NCBI GenBank assembly: GCA_964426845.1
Contig: CAYRSA010000004.1
Span: 61,845 to 125,844 of the forward strand
Length of the DNA: 64,000 bases
Reading direction: 5' to 3'
Origin: an uncultured Candidatus Saccharibacteria bacterium
GTDB taxonomy: Bacteria; Patescibacteriota; Saccharimonadia; Saccharimonadales; JAGQNJ01
The position numbers and the translations under genes are program-made. Positions 39,103 through 48,969 of the stretch are shown piece by piece; within the stretch, counting starts at the first letter, position 1; the number at the start of each line of letters is the position of its first letter. A model generated the notes under the pieces. That model saw nothing but the letters and a program-made list of their open reading frames with translations, did not search any database and was not told where the DNA came from.

Positions 39103-39322
39103 TACGTTGATGTGTTACCTCTGTAACCACCTTATTATACCATAAGCGGTCAAGACTTGGTACCCTTGCCTTTTGTGAGATATGTCACTCAAGACTAATC
39201 AAGAAATAAAAGTAGGGAAGTGGCAAATCAGGAAATAGGGCGTCCCATCATAGCCCAACCAGTCACGTCCCAGCCAGTCATTTTTCTGAGTGTTTTATTT
39301 TTACAACAGCAGGGAAGTGAGG

Positions 39323-40129
39323 CTAGGGCAGGGCGAGGTATAAATCATGCCACTGCTCCAGCGACAACTCTTGAGCCCTGACGTCTGGGCCAATTTGCGC
39401 CCTAGTCATGGCCTCCAGAATATCCACATCTTCACCTACCCCAGATTTCAAAGAAGTCTTAAGTTTCTTTCGTCGTTCGTTGAAGCCGGCTTTAACCAGA
39501 CTAAAGAACTTGTCGACATCCAAATCAGCGAATAGCGGCTTAGCTCGTTTGGTCAAAATCAAAATCTGAGAGTCAACTTTGGGTGGCGGCGTGAACAGAT
39601 AGGCCGGCACTACTTCGCCTTTGCTAACTTCATAAAATAGTTGCAAAGCTACTGCTACAAACGACATTTGCCCAGGCTTGGCCACCACCCGCTCGGCTAC
39701 TTCTTTTTGGACCAATAACGAGGCTATGGATGGTTTGTTATCAGAGTCTATCAACTTGCGAAACAGATTGGCTGTTAGGTAGTAAGGGATATTGGCCACT
39801 ATTTTGTAATCTTTCGGCATTTGACCAAGATCAAAACTCCGAATATCCCCTTCCTCTATCCGAATTTGAGTATCAAGCTGACGGGCAAAGCGTTTTCGCA
39901 ATGGCCTAATGGCCTCTGAGTCGAATTCTAAAGCCAAAATGTTGGCTCTGTACTCTAATAGAATCTCTGTCAACGTCCCCGTGCCTGGACCAATCTCTAG
40001 AACTTCATCGCCCTCCGAAACCTCGGCGACCTCAACAATTGACTGCAGAGCCGAGCGATCTTCCAACCAGTGTTGGCCCAAAGCCTTTTTAGGAATCATA
40101 GTTGGTATTGTATCAGAGGCGCCTTCCAT
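39323..40129 (-). CDS. rsmA: 16S rRNA (adenine1518/1519-N6)-dimethyltransferase RsmA/KsgA
   Basis: SAM-binding motif LEIGPGTG and the KsgA family architecture. Confidence 0.9.
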   Translation of the reverse strand: MEGASDTIPTMIPKKALGQHWLEDRSALQSIVEVAEVSEGDEVLEIGPGTGTLTEILLEYRANILALEFDSEAIRPLRKRFARQLDTQIRIEEGDIRSFDLGQMPKDYKIVANIPYYLTANLFRKLIDSDNKPSIASLLVQKEVAERVVAKPGQMSFVAVALQLFYEVSKGEVVPAYLFTPPPKVDSQILILTKRAKPLFADLDVDKFFSLVKAGFNERRKKLKTSLKSGVGEDVDILEAMTRAQIGPDVRAQELSLEQWHDLYLALP

Positions 40130-40188
40130 AGTTCACTTGCTATGCAATCTGGGGCCCAACGGGTTACAATAGAAGTAAGATAACGCTT

Positions 40189-41712
40189 ATGAATAACCCT
40201 CCTCCCCAAGACTCTATTCAAGAAGTACCCAAACCCTCACCGCTCGGCGGCGGTAGCTTACTGGGTCGTGTTTTAGTGCTGAGTTTGTTACTGCTGGCTT
40301 ACATTGCCATCCTAGCATCTGTTCTCTACTTCGATGCCCTGACCGGCCCACAATTCATCCTCTTGATAATGGTAGCTTTTTTGGGGATACATTTTTTTGG
40401 CACCCGCGGCCTTATTGTCGCCCAGCTCGGTACTCTGATGTTACTGGGTCTGGCCATCTACTTAGGCCTGGCCTCAGTCGCGCCAACCGGCGCCCTATTA
40501 ATCCTAGTTTTTGTAGTCTTCTGGTTCTTTATGCGAACCAGGTACAAAGAGCACCGCATGCTGGAGAGTCTAAGTCAAAGCGCTCAGCGAGAGCAAGAAA
40601 GGTTTGTTGCCTTAATTAACACTATCGATACTGCCGTGGTAGCCACCGACAGCCAACAGAAAATATCTCTGTACAATAGTGCTGCCCTGTCGTTGCTTGG
40701 CACAAATATATCACTAAGCGGTCAATTTTTTAACACGGTTTTTCCGCTGATTAATGCCAACGAACAGCCAGTTGATATCATTAGCCAAGTCAAAGCCAAT
40801 AAGCGCGCCATGGAGAGACTAGATACCTCTATTAAGATTGGTCAAAAGGACATTATTAACCTACAGGTGATTGCCGCACCGATTAGAACCAACTTTGGGT
40901 CTAAGGGAGGTGGGTATGTGGTCACCATGCGGGACATTACCAAACAACGTACTCTTGATGAGCAACGCAACGAGTTTATATCTGTAACCTCCCATGAAAT
41001 ACGCACCCCAATCGCCATACTCGAGGGTACGCTTTCTACAGCTTTGGCTGGACCCATGGCCGCTAGAACTGATCCGGCGGTGGTTAAGCTGATAAAGAAC
41101 GCTCACGAGCAGACTTTGCTACTGAGCCGACTAGTCCAAGACCTGGCCACTTTGGCTATGGCCGAGGGCGAATTCTTAGACATCGAACTAAAGCCTATTG
41201 ACCCGGCGGTCATAATTAGCAACCAGTATAAAGCTCATGCCAATCAAGCCAAAGCCCAGGGGCTAAACATGGTCATGCAGCCCGCACCCGAGCTTCACCC
41301 TATCCTGACCAGTGAGATATACATAAACGAAATATTAGAAAACTTCATTACCAACGCCATTAAGTACACCAAACAAGGCAGTGTCACCATTGGCGCTGAG
41401 AACGCTGCCGAGAACTCCATCCGTTTTTGGGTTGCTGACACTGGCATTGGTATTGGTAAAGCCGATCAGAAGAAACTATTTACCAAGTTCTTTAGGGCCG
41501 AAGACTTCGAAACTCGCGAAACCGGCGGAACCGGCTTGGGCTTATACATAACCAAGAAGTTATCCGAGCGCATTGGTGGCAAAGTCTGGTGCACCAGCGA
41601 GCCCGGCAAAGGCTCGGTCTTCTATCTAGAAGTACCGCCGGTTGGCGCTTTAAAAACTGACGTAAAGAAGGTCACCAACGCTGAAATCGAAGATTTCGCC
41701 GGAGCTATCTAG
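40189..41712 (+). CDS. Sensor histidine kinase (N-terminal TM region, PAS-like, HisKA, HATPase_c)
   Basis: H-box SHEIRTPIAIL, N/G1/G2 boxes (NAIKYT, DTGIGI, GGTGLGL). Confidence 0.85.
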   Translation: MNNPPPQDSIQEVPKPSPLGGGSLLGRVLVLSLLLLAYIAILASVLYFDALTGPQFILLIMVAFLGIHFFGTRGLIVAQLGTLMLLGLAIYLGLASVAPTGALLILVFVVFWFFMRTRYKEHRMLESLSQSAQREQERFVALINTIDTAVVATDSQQKISLYNSAALSLLGTNISLSGQFFNTVFPLINANEQPVDIISQVKANKRAMERLDTSIKIGQKDIINLQVIAAPIRTNFGSKGGGYVVTMRDITKQRTLDEQRNEFISVTSHEIRTPIAILEGTLSTALAGPMAARTDPAVVKLIKNAHEQTLLLSRLVQDLATLAMAEGEFLDIELKPIDPAVIISNQYKAHANQAKAQGLNMVMQPAPELHPILTSEIYINEILENFITNAIKYTKQGSVTIGAENAAENSIRFWVADTGIGIGKADQKKLFTKFFRAEDFETRETGGTGLGLYITKKLSERIGGKVWCTSEPGKGSVFYLEVPPVGALKTDVKKVTNAEIEDFAGAI

Positions 41713-41717
41713 TTTAT

Positions 41718-42413
41718 TCATTTTTGTGGTCTGACCACATGAACAGCCACAACTACCATAACAAACAGCACGAAGCCGGCTATGTAGGTACCGATTATTA
41801 GCGGTGAATCGTTGGGCTTGCCAGACAGAATGACATTGATAGCCCCACCCAAAGCTGCAAAAATATACAGACAGGCCACGCTAACCAAACTAGTTTTACT
41901 GCGGCCACTGGCCAGCTCTTTTAGCTTGCCCAGCATCAAAATTCCAACTAAAAAGACATTTACAAGCAAAATCATCTGAGCGATTGATGAGAAGAGTGGC
42001 AGTGTATAGACAAATTCATTGTCAACTATATCGATGCCATTTTGGACATAGCCATAGACATTAGCCAACCAACCGGCGATACCCAGCAACAAAGCCGGCA
42101 AGACAAACAGAGCTCGGCTCATTTTGTTTCTAAGAATCAAGTAATAGACAAGGTCAGCCTGTAGTACAAACATAGAGTATAGGAAGAAGTCGCCAATACT
42201 GTTGGCGACTAATAGAAAGGTCTGATCCTGACTCACAGCAAACGGCACTGACCAAAAAAAGAAAGCCAACGAAGCCAACATTCCAGACAAAGCAAAATAC
42301 CCAGACAAAGGATTGTGCAGCCGGCGGTAGTTCTTATAGCCCCTGAGGCCGAAAAGAGCGAATACCGGAAAGCCTATCAGGTATGGTATGGCGTTTGATG
42401 GAATGTTATTCAT
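41718..42413 (-). CDS. Polytopic membrane protein of unknown function, 231 aa
   Basis: At least six hydrophobic helices. Confidence 0.5.
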   Translation of the reverse strand: MNNIPSNAIPYLIGFPVFALFGLRGYKNYRRLHNPLSGYFALSGMLASLAFFFWSVPFAVSQDQTFLLVANSIGDFFLYSMFVLQADLVYYLILRNKMSRALFVLPALLLGIAGWLANVYGYVQNGIDIVDNEFVYTLPLFSSIAQMILLVNVFLVGILMLGKLKELASGRSKTSLVSVACLYIFAALGGAINVILSGKPNDSPLIIGTYIAGFVLFVMVVVAVHVVRPQK

Positions 42414-42500
42414 GGTAGTTATGCTTAAAAAGTCTTACTAGCAATATAGCACGTTTTAACTACGCCGGCTTCATGTCGCAGCCGACTGACTAGTGTTGGC

Positions 42501-43715
42501 TTACCACCAATGATTGACTGACCAGAAGTTGTAAGCACCTTGCCAGCTACCATAGCGACTATTGGCGTAACCCGAGAAGTGTTGCATCTGGCAGACAGGA
42601 TCGGTTTGCCAATTCGGGCAAGCACTGATCAGAATCTGAGCATTACATCTTTGGCCCAGTCCAATACAACGATTAGGGCTTACGGCCGCCGGGTTCCAGC
42701 CCGACTCTCGGCCGATGATATAGTCGGCGTATTGGTACTGCGAGGGATCAACGCCAGCCAAGCGCATCCAGTCAGCTTTAGTGCCAGTAACGGTGCCGGC
42801 GATGACTTTAGTGCCCTTAGCCATGATTCGGTTAACTGGTTCGACAGCCACAACCGTCTGGAGAACAGACTTTTTACTTGGATCATTTTTGTCAACTTCG
42901 TAAATAACCACCTTTTTACCAGGTGAGCCTTCCTGCCTAACCTTTACTTGCCCGGCGGGTAATTCCGGATCGCTGACTGTCTCTTCGGCGTTCGGTATTA
43001 CCTCTTCGGCAGTAACAATGTTTTTATCCGGGTAGGTCACAAACACTACCATGCCCGGCGTTAGAGCAGTTTCAGCTGGCGGTAGGACTGTTACCTCGCT
43101 AGCATCCAACCCCTTATCGCGTACTAATTCTCCGACGGTTTTTGCGTGGGTCCGCAGATCATACGATTGACCATACATGACCAGTTTGACGGGGATGGAG
43201 CGCTCAACCACTAACTGTTCAGTAGCCGAGCCCTCATCAATAACATTGTCCGGAATCTCCACTTCAACGTTGTCCTCGGGGAATAGAGTCACACCAACTT
43301 CTTCGGCAATAGCCCGCGGTGATTGGGTGGCCGTATTAACAGTCACTTCCCTGCCCCCGTCAATAACCGTCACCGGCCTAGCTCGATAAACATTAACCGA
43401 GAAGTTATCGTCCAAGATCTCGGTGTCCAGTCCGGGCTCTACCACATCGCCCTCACTAAGCTTGATGTCCAAACGTTCCAGTAAGTCACCAACAGTTTTA
43501 GCTCTAGTTGGCAAAGTCTGTGACTGACCATCGGCATAGACATTGACTACTCGCGAATCGGCTGGACCTAGCGTTGTCGCTCCGAAGTTGACAAAAGCCA
43601 CTAAAGACACGGCGAACAGTACCAAAAAGGTCACCACCGGCACTACCAGAGGATGCTTGTGCAGATCAAAAAACTTTCGGCGCCGGGATTTCTCGGCTGA
43701 TTTAGATTTACCCAT
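42501..43715 (-). CDS. DUF348 repeats - G5 domain - lytic transglycosylase (SLT-like) cell-wall protein (YabE/RpfB-like architecture)
   Basis: N-terminal TM, two TVGDLL/TVGELV-type DUF348 repeats, and a C-terminal ESGWNPAAVS...GLGQ SLT signature. yabE lies near ksgA (rsmA) in Firmicutes, as here. Confidence 0.7.
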   Translation of the reverse strand: MGKSKSAEKSRRRKFFDLHKHPLVVPVVTFLVLFAVSLVAFVNFGATTLGPADSRVVNVYADGQSQTLPTRAKTVGDLLERLDIKLSEGDVVEPGLDTEILDDNFSVNVYRARPVTVIDGGREVTVNTATQSPRAIAEEVGVTLFPEDNVEVEIPDNVIDEGSATEQLVVERSIPVKLVMYGQSYDLRTHAKTVGELVRDKGLDASEVTVLPPAETALTPGMVVFVTYPDKNIVTAEEVIPNAEETVSDPELPAGQVKVRQEGSPGKKVVIYEVDKNDPSKKSVLQTVVAVEPVNRIMAKGTKVIAGTVTGTKADWMRLAGVDPSQYQYADYIIGRESGWNPAAVSPNRCIGLGQRCNAQILISACPNWQTDPVCQMQHFSGYANSRYGSWQGAYNFWSVNHWW

Positions 43716-43739
43716 TTAAGTACCCCGTATTATAGCAAA

Positions 43740-44201
43740 TCACCGCTGTTTCTGCCACGCGGCCAAGAGTGTTTGCACGTGGTTATCGGTAGATAGCTTC
43801 TCGATATTATCTGGTTCAAACCACTTCGCGTCAGTGATTGCTGATGTTTGTATTGTCACGCGCGGTTTTGTGTCGAGCTTTAGGATAAAGCCATAGAAAG
43901 TATGAGCCTGGCGGCCAGCCTGCTTCATCAACCCCAGGCTCTTCAAATCTTTCTGCTTGACCACGATGCCTGTCTCTTCGCGAAGCTCCCGCAGTATGGT
44001 TTGTACTGGCAATTCACCACGCTTGATACCCCCGCCCGGACAACCCCAATAGCCCGAATATAGCCAGCTCTGTAACAACAAAATTTCTCCATCGCAAACT
44101 ACCAAAACCCGCGTCCGAGTTGTGAACCTAATGATGCAATAGATTGGTACCCACAGGACGTAACCTAAAATCAGCCCACTATATTTTCTGAAGGCAGTCA
44201 T
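43740..44201 (-). CDS. NUDIX hydrolase
   Basis: Nudix box GGGIKRGELPVQTILRELREETGI. Confidence 0.8.
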   Translation of the reverse strand: MTAFRKYSGLILGYVLWVPIYCIIRFTTRTRVLVVCDGEILLLQSWLYSGYWGCPGGGIKRGELPVQTILRELREETGIVVKQKDLKSLGLMKQAGRQAHTFYGFILKLDTKPRVTIQTSAITDAKWFEPDNIEKLSTDNHVQTLLAAWQKQR

Positions 44202-46336
44202 TCTAGTTTCTCCAACGGCGCAATACTGATGTCCAGTTGCTTAGTGCCCTTGCCCTTGAAATAAATGGTAGCCACGTCGCCCTGCATCTCAACTACCGTG
44301 CCAACGCCGAAAAGCTGGTGTTTGACGCCGTCGCCCTCTTCAATATCCGGCACATATCTGGGGCCGTCATCAATCTTTGGTGGCTGCGGCGCATTGAAGT
44401 TGTCGGTCAGCGAAGTTGGTTGAGCCAGCAAGTCGCCAGCAATGTCGCTAATAAACCTCGATGGTGGGTTGTGCTGAACGCCGCCGTACAACATCCGGCT
44501 GGTGGCATACAGCATATACAGTTCTTCGCGGGCCCTAGTCATGCCAACATAGCACAACCGTCGCTCTTCCTCCATCTCGGTCTGATCATATAGAGCCCGG
44601 GAATGCGGAAAAATTGTTTCTTCCATGCCGACCATGAAAACTACTGGGAACTCTAGGCCTTTGGCGCCGTGCAGCGTCATTAGCGTAACAGCGTTACCGT
44701 CTTTTTTGCCGGTCTCAACATCGCTTAGCAAGGACACCTCCTCCAAAAAACCATCCAGTCCCAAGTCGGCATACTCTTCGGCCATGCTCAGCAATTCCTT
44801 GACGTTTTCCTGCCGGGACTCGCCCTGAGCCGTACCATCGTCCAAGTAATGCAGATAGTCCAGCCGATTTATTAAAGCATTCATGGTATCGCGGACATTT
44901 TCTTCGGACATAACTCGGCGCAGGGACTCCAGCATTTCACCGAGTTCTAACAGGGCATTCTTCGCCTTACCGGTTATCTCGTTACATTCGCCGACCCGGG
45001 CCAAGGCTGTTTGTAAATTTAGAGCTTGAGATTCCCGCCAGGTATTAAAGACTTGCAAAGACTTAGCCCCGATTCCGCGAGCCGGCACGTTAACAATCCG
45101 GTCAAAACTAGCTGTATCCTGAGGCTGATACATTAGGCGCAGGTATGCCACGATATCCTTGATTTCTTTTCGGTCGTAGAATCGGACGCCCCCAACAATT
45201 CGGTAAGGAATGCTGTAGTGAATGAAGGCCTCTTCGATGGAGCGGCTCTGAGCATTGGTCCGGTACAAGACCGCAAAATGGTTATAGCCACGAGCCCCTC
45301 CATCAACCGTATTGCGGACTCGGCGAATAACAGCTTCGGCCTCGGACCGTTCGCTGCTGGCCTGCAAGACCTGAACAGGCAAACCATCGCCCTCTTTAGT
45401 CCAAAGCTTTTTATCGGAACGTTGTTGGTTCTTGGTAATAATCATGTGGGCAGCGTCCAGGATGGCTTTGGTGCTGCGGTAGTTCTGTTCAAGCTTAATA
45501 ATCGTACAGCCGGCGTAGTCGCGCTCAAAGTTTAGGATATTACGAAAATCTGCACCTCTCCAGCTGTAAATTGACTGCCAGTCGTCACCTACTACCGCGA
45601 TGTTTTTAGCCGGCCCAACCAGTAGTTGTATAAGTTTATACTGAGCAGCGTTAGTATCTTGATACTCATCAATCATCACATACTTAAACTGAGCCCGCCA
45701 CTTTTCCCGCAGTTCCTGGTGATTGGCCAGCATCTGGACAGCTTTGGCGATTAGGTCATCAAAGTCTAGAGCTCCGGCATCCTTTAACGCCTTTTGATAT
45801 AGGGGAAAAACCCGGGCCGCCTCTTTCTGTGCCGGACTAGAAGCCATGCCAGCATATCTAGTCGGATCAATTAGTTCATTCTTGGCACTACTGATTAGAC
45901 CGCCTAGGCTACGGGCCGGAAAAGCTTTCTCGTCAATCGATAACTGCTTGGAGACTTTCTTGATAGCCGAAGTCCTGTCCAGCTCATCAAAAATCACAAA
46001 GTTTTTCGGCACCTCGGCGTAGTCGCCATCCTGGCGCAACAGTCGCACACAAATCGAGTGAAAGGTGCCCATGAAGGGCATGAAATTGCGGTTGCCGGCA
46101 TCGAAACCCAGCAACTCAGCTACTCGCTCGCGCATCTCGCCAGCGGCTTTGTTGGTGAAAGTTACCGCCAGAATATTGTAGGGCGTAGCCAGCCCAGAGT
46201 CGATAATATGAGCGATCCGGTGGGTTAGGGTCTTAGTTTTACCGCTACCTGCACCAGCCTGAATCAGCAAGGGTCCTTCGGTGGTGCGCACCGCCCTGGC
46301 CTGCTCGTCATTAAGTCCCGTAAATAAATCCGTCAC
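44198..46336 (-). CDS. pcrA: ATP-dependent DNA helicase PcrA/UvrD (SF1A) with a C-terminal Tudor-like domain
   Basis: Walker A GAGSGKT, helicase motifs I-VI, and a C-terminal VKHQLFGVGTVV domain. Confidence 0.9.
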   Translation of the reverse strand: MTDLFTGLNDEQARAVRTTEGPLLIQAGAGSGKTKTLTHRIAHIIDSGLATPYNILAVTFTNKAAGEMRERVAELLGFDAGNRNFMPFMGTFHSICVRLLRQDGDYAEVPKNFVIFDELDRTSAIKKVSKQLSIDEKAFPARSLGGLISSAKNELIDPTRYAGMASSPAQKEAARVFPLYQKALKDAGALDFDDLIAKAVQMLANHQELREKWRAQFKYVMIDEYQDTNAAQYKLIQLLVGPAKNIAVVGDDWQSIYSWRGADFRNILNFERDYAGCTIIKLEQNYRSTKAILDAAHMIITKNQQRSDKKLWTKEGDGLPVQVLQASSERSEAEAVIRRVRNTVDGGARGYNHFAVLYRTNAQSRSIEEAFIHYSIPYRIVGGVRFYDRKEIKDIVAYLRLMYQPQDTASFDRIVNVPARGIGAKSLQVFNTWRESQALNLQTALARVGECNEITGKAKNALLELGEMLESLRRVMSEENVRDTMNALINRLDYLHYLDDGTAQGESRQENVKELLSMAEEYADLGLDGFLEEVSLLSDVETGKKDGNAVTLMTLHGAKGLEFPVVFMVGMEETIFPHSRALYDQTEMEEERRLCYVGMTRAREELYMLYATSRMLYGGVQHNPPSRFISDIAGDLLAQPTSLTDNFNAPQPPKIDDGPRYVPDIEEGDGVKHQLFGVGTVVEMQGDVATIYFKGKGTKQLDISIAPLEKLE

Positions 46337-46357
46337 TAAGAGATTATAACAGTTATC

Positions 46358-46870
46358 TCAGCCCATCATCATGAAGTAAGCACCAAGGCAGGCGGCTACT
46401 ACCAGCAGAATGATCACCACAAAGATCTTGGTGTTGCGGCGTTTGGTGACTTGGCCAATCGGCACAAAGTAGGTTTTGTTGTCGATGAGGTTTTGGACTT
46501 TGCTGTCGCCGTCTGTTGGCTTATCGGCTTTCTTATCAGCGGCTTCCTTGGCTAATTCGTCGATGACTGCCCCGTCATCGGGTTTGGGCTCGTCTGGACT
46601 ATCTACTTCGTCGGGTTTAGCCTCTTCGGCCGATATATCCGGTTTTAGAGTACTGGCCTTTGGCGGTGCAACCAGGGCCGGTTTCTTATCGTCTGACGAG
46701 GGTTTGTTAGCAATTTCCTCGGGGGCGCTGTCGCCGGTGCTTTCCGGTTTGACAGCCCGGGCCCGAACCTTAACCTCTATCTTATTGTCGGCCTTGTTCT
46801 CTTCAAATTCGGCTCCGCTTTTAGTGGCCGAGTCGCCTGATTCCGAAGTTTTAGGGTCAGCTGGCGCCAT
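46358..46870 (-). CDS. Hypothetical tail-anchored membrane protein: ~140-aa acidic/Lys/Pro-rich disordered region plus a C-terminal TM
   Basis: Compositionally biased ORF whose start overlaps the tpiA end. It occupies the position where secG often sits (after tpiA) but has no SecG features. Confidence 0.4.
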   Translation of the reverse strand: MAPADPKTSESGDSATKSGAEFEENKADNKIEVKVRARAVKPESTGDSAPEEIANKPSSDDKKPALVAPPKASTLKPDISAEEAKPDEVDSPDEPKPDDGAVIDELAKEAADKKADKPTDGDSKVQNLIDNKTYFVPIGQVTKRRNTKIFVVIILLVVAACLGAYFMMMG

Positions 46871-47657
46871 CGGCGGCTTCCTTAACGGCTGTTTGAGAAC
46901 GATGCGCCGCTTTTACAATTTCCGAGAACTTTTGGTAGTTAATACTGGCTCCTCCGACCAAAACCCCATCGCATCCATTTAAGTCCATGTAGCCCCTGGC
47001 CGTATGCTCGTCAACACTGCCCCCGTAAAGCACTCGGACTTTATCAGCTGTCCGCTGGCCATATAAATCTGCGATTTGCTTACGTATGTAGTCAAACATC
47101 GGTTGAATTTGTGATGGTTTAGCAAGAGTGCCATCAAAAGTACTGATTGCCCAAACTGGCTCATAGGCAATAACCATCTCGGCTACTTCGCGCGCCGTTA
47201 AGTTAGCCAGGGCTGTAGTAATCTGGTCATGCAGAACTTGGCGAGTCTCGCCAGCTCGGTGCTCGGTCTTAGTTTCACCCACGCACAGAATCGGGGTGAT
47301 TTCATTGCGTACAGCGGCCGTAACTTTGTCTCGGATATCATCAAGGTTCTCGTGGAAGTATATTCGGCGCTCGGAGTGGCCGATGATCACATAGTGGGCC
47401 AAATCCCTTAGCTGAGTAAACGACACCTCGCCGGTAAAAGCGCCCTCATCTTTGGAATAAGCGTTCTGAGCCGCCAGCCGGAATTTGCGCCTATCGATTT
47501 GTAATGAAAGCGGCTGCAATACCAACATGGTCGGCGCTAATACTACCTCGATGTTGCGATAAGTCTTGATGCGCTCGTGCAAGCGGTGTAATAGCAAACT
47601 CGCCTGAGAAGTATTCAGGTGCATTTTCCAGTTGCCCACTACAAGTTTTTTACGCAT
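46857..47657 (-). CDS. tpiA: Triosephosphate isomerase
   Basis: Catalytic motifs (NWKMH, IGHSERR, AYEPVWAI, YGGSV). Confidence 0.9.
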   Translation of the reverse strand: MRKKLVVGNWKMHLNTSQASLLLHRLHERIKTYRNIEVVLAPTMLVLQPLSLQIDRRKFRLAAQNAYSKDEGAFTGEVSFTQLRDLAHYVIIGHSERRIYFHENLDDIRDKVTAAVRNEITPILCVGETKTEHRAGETRQVLHDQITTALANLTAREVAEMVIAYEPVWAISTFDGTLAKPSQIQPMFDYIRKQIADLYGQRTADKVRVLYGGSVDEHTARGYMDLNGCDGVLVGGASINYQKFSEIVKAAHRSQTAVKEAADGAS

Positions 47658-47679
47658 AACGGTTAAGTTTTATTATAGC

Positions 47680-48969
47680 TTATTTCGACAATAATGCCTC
47701 AACCCCTGGCAATTTCTTCCCGGCCAATAGATCTAAGCAAGCCCCACCGCCAGTTGATACGAAGTTAAAGCCCTCCACTAAGCCTCGCTGTTCGACGTAA
47801 GCCGAGGTATCGCCACCGCCGATCAAACTATATGGCTTGTGGCCAAACTGCCCTAGCAAGGAATCTAGGACCAACTCCGTGCCATGGGCAAAGGGTCCGA
47901 CCGGCCCGTGCAGGCTGGGTGTTTCAGTTACTCCCAGCACGCCGTTCCAGATAACTGTGTCGCAAAACTGCATATTGCCAGCGATAAAAGCCCCCGAGAA
48001 CGGTCCAATGTCCAAAATCAGCTCATCCTTGGCTACCCTGCTACTGCGGACTGGTGCTTGCCGGGGGTAGTTTTCGATCTCAGCAATGGCATGAGCATCC
48101 CAATCAACAATCCGGGTTTTGGCCTGTTTGTCCAAAGATTCGGCGACTACGCTGTCCTGCGGCAAATAGAAGATGAACTTGCGTTTTTTGGCTTCCTCGG
48201 CGGCTAGCTCCATAAGTTTTTTAGCTAAAGACACATCTTGGCGATCAACTAGGCTTTTGCCAATCTCTATCCCCTTGGCTAGCAAAAAAGTATTGGCCAT
48301 GGCTCCACCAATCACCACCACATCGGCCATTTTGATAAAATTCCTAATCACATCAATCTTATCGGCAATTTTGGCCCCACCGACGATGGTCATTAATGGT
48401 CGCTTGGGTTTATTAATAACGTCGAGAATAGTGGTCATTTCTTTTTCGACTAGCAACCCGGCCACACTTGGTAAGACTCGGGTAATGGCGTCAGTGCTGG
48501 CGTGCTTGCGATGAACTACGCCAAAACCATCCTGAACAAAGACATCGGCCAGGCTACCGACTTTTTTTGCGAATTCCATATTGTTATTTTCTTCGCCTGG
48601 GAAAAATCGCAAGTTTTCCAGCAACAGAATGCCTTTAGGCTTCAGCTCGCCAGCTTTTACAGCAGCTTCTTGGCTGGTACAGTCTTCGACAAAGTCCACC
48701 TCATGGCCAAGCAACTTGGACAGAGCTTTTTGGACCGGCTTTAAACTGTACTGCGGATCTGGCCGGCCATCGGGTTTGCCTAAGTGTGAACAAACAATAA
48801 TTCGACAATCTTGAGATTGAAGATACTTCAGCGTTGGCAGAGCCTGCTGAATCCGATAGTCATCCCGAATAGTACCCTTTTCGGTCATAGGCACATTAAA
48901 GTCACTGCGCACCAGCACAGTCTTGCCCCGAACATCGACATTTTTGATGGTTTTTTTAGTAAACGTCAT
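47680..48969 (-). CDS. pgk: Phosphoglycerate kinase
   Basis: PGK signature (RSDFNVP) and the two-domain architecture. Confidence 0.95.
   Translation of the reverse strand: MTFTKKTIKNVDVRGKTVLVRSDFNVPMTEKGTIRDDYRIQQALPTLKYLQSQDCRIIVCSHLGKPDGRPDPQYSLKPVQKALSKLLGHEVDFVEDCTSQEAAVKAGELKPKGILLLENLRFFPGEENNNMEFAKKVGSLADVFVQDGFGVVHRKHASTDAITRVLPSVAGLLVEKEMTTILDVINKPKRPLMTIVGGAKIADKIDVIRNFIKMADVVVIGGAMANTFLLAKGIEIGKSLVDRQDVSLAKKLMELAAEEAKKRKFIFYLPQDSVVAESLDKQAKTRIVDWDAHAIAEIENYPRQAPVRSSRVAKDELILDIGPFSGAFIAGNMQFCDTVIWNGVLGVTETPSLHGPVGPFAHGTELVLDSLLGQFGHKPYSLIGGGDTSAYVEQRGLVEGFNFVSTGGGACLDLLAGKKLPGVEALLSK

Noticed and set aside
37841-39322. Possible genomic island or integrase at the tmRNA 3' end (a common integration hotspot)
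   Set aside because: No integrase, direct repeat of the tmRNA 3' end, or compositional shift was found. The downstream gene is a small coiled-coil protein only.
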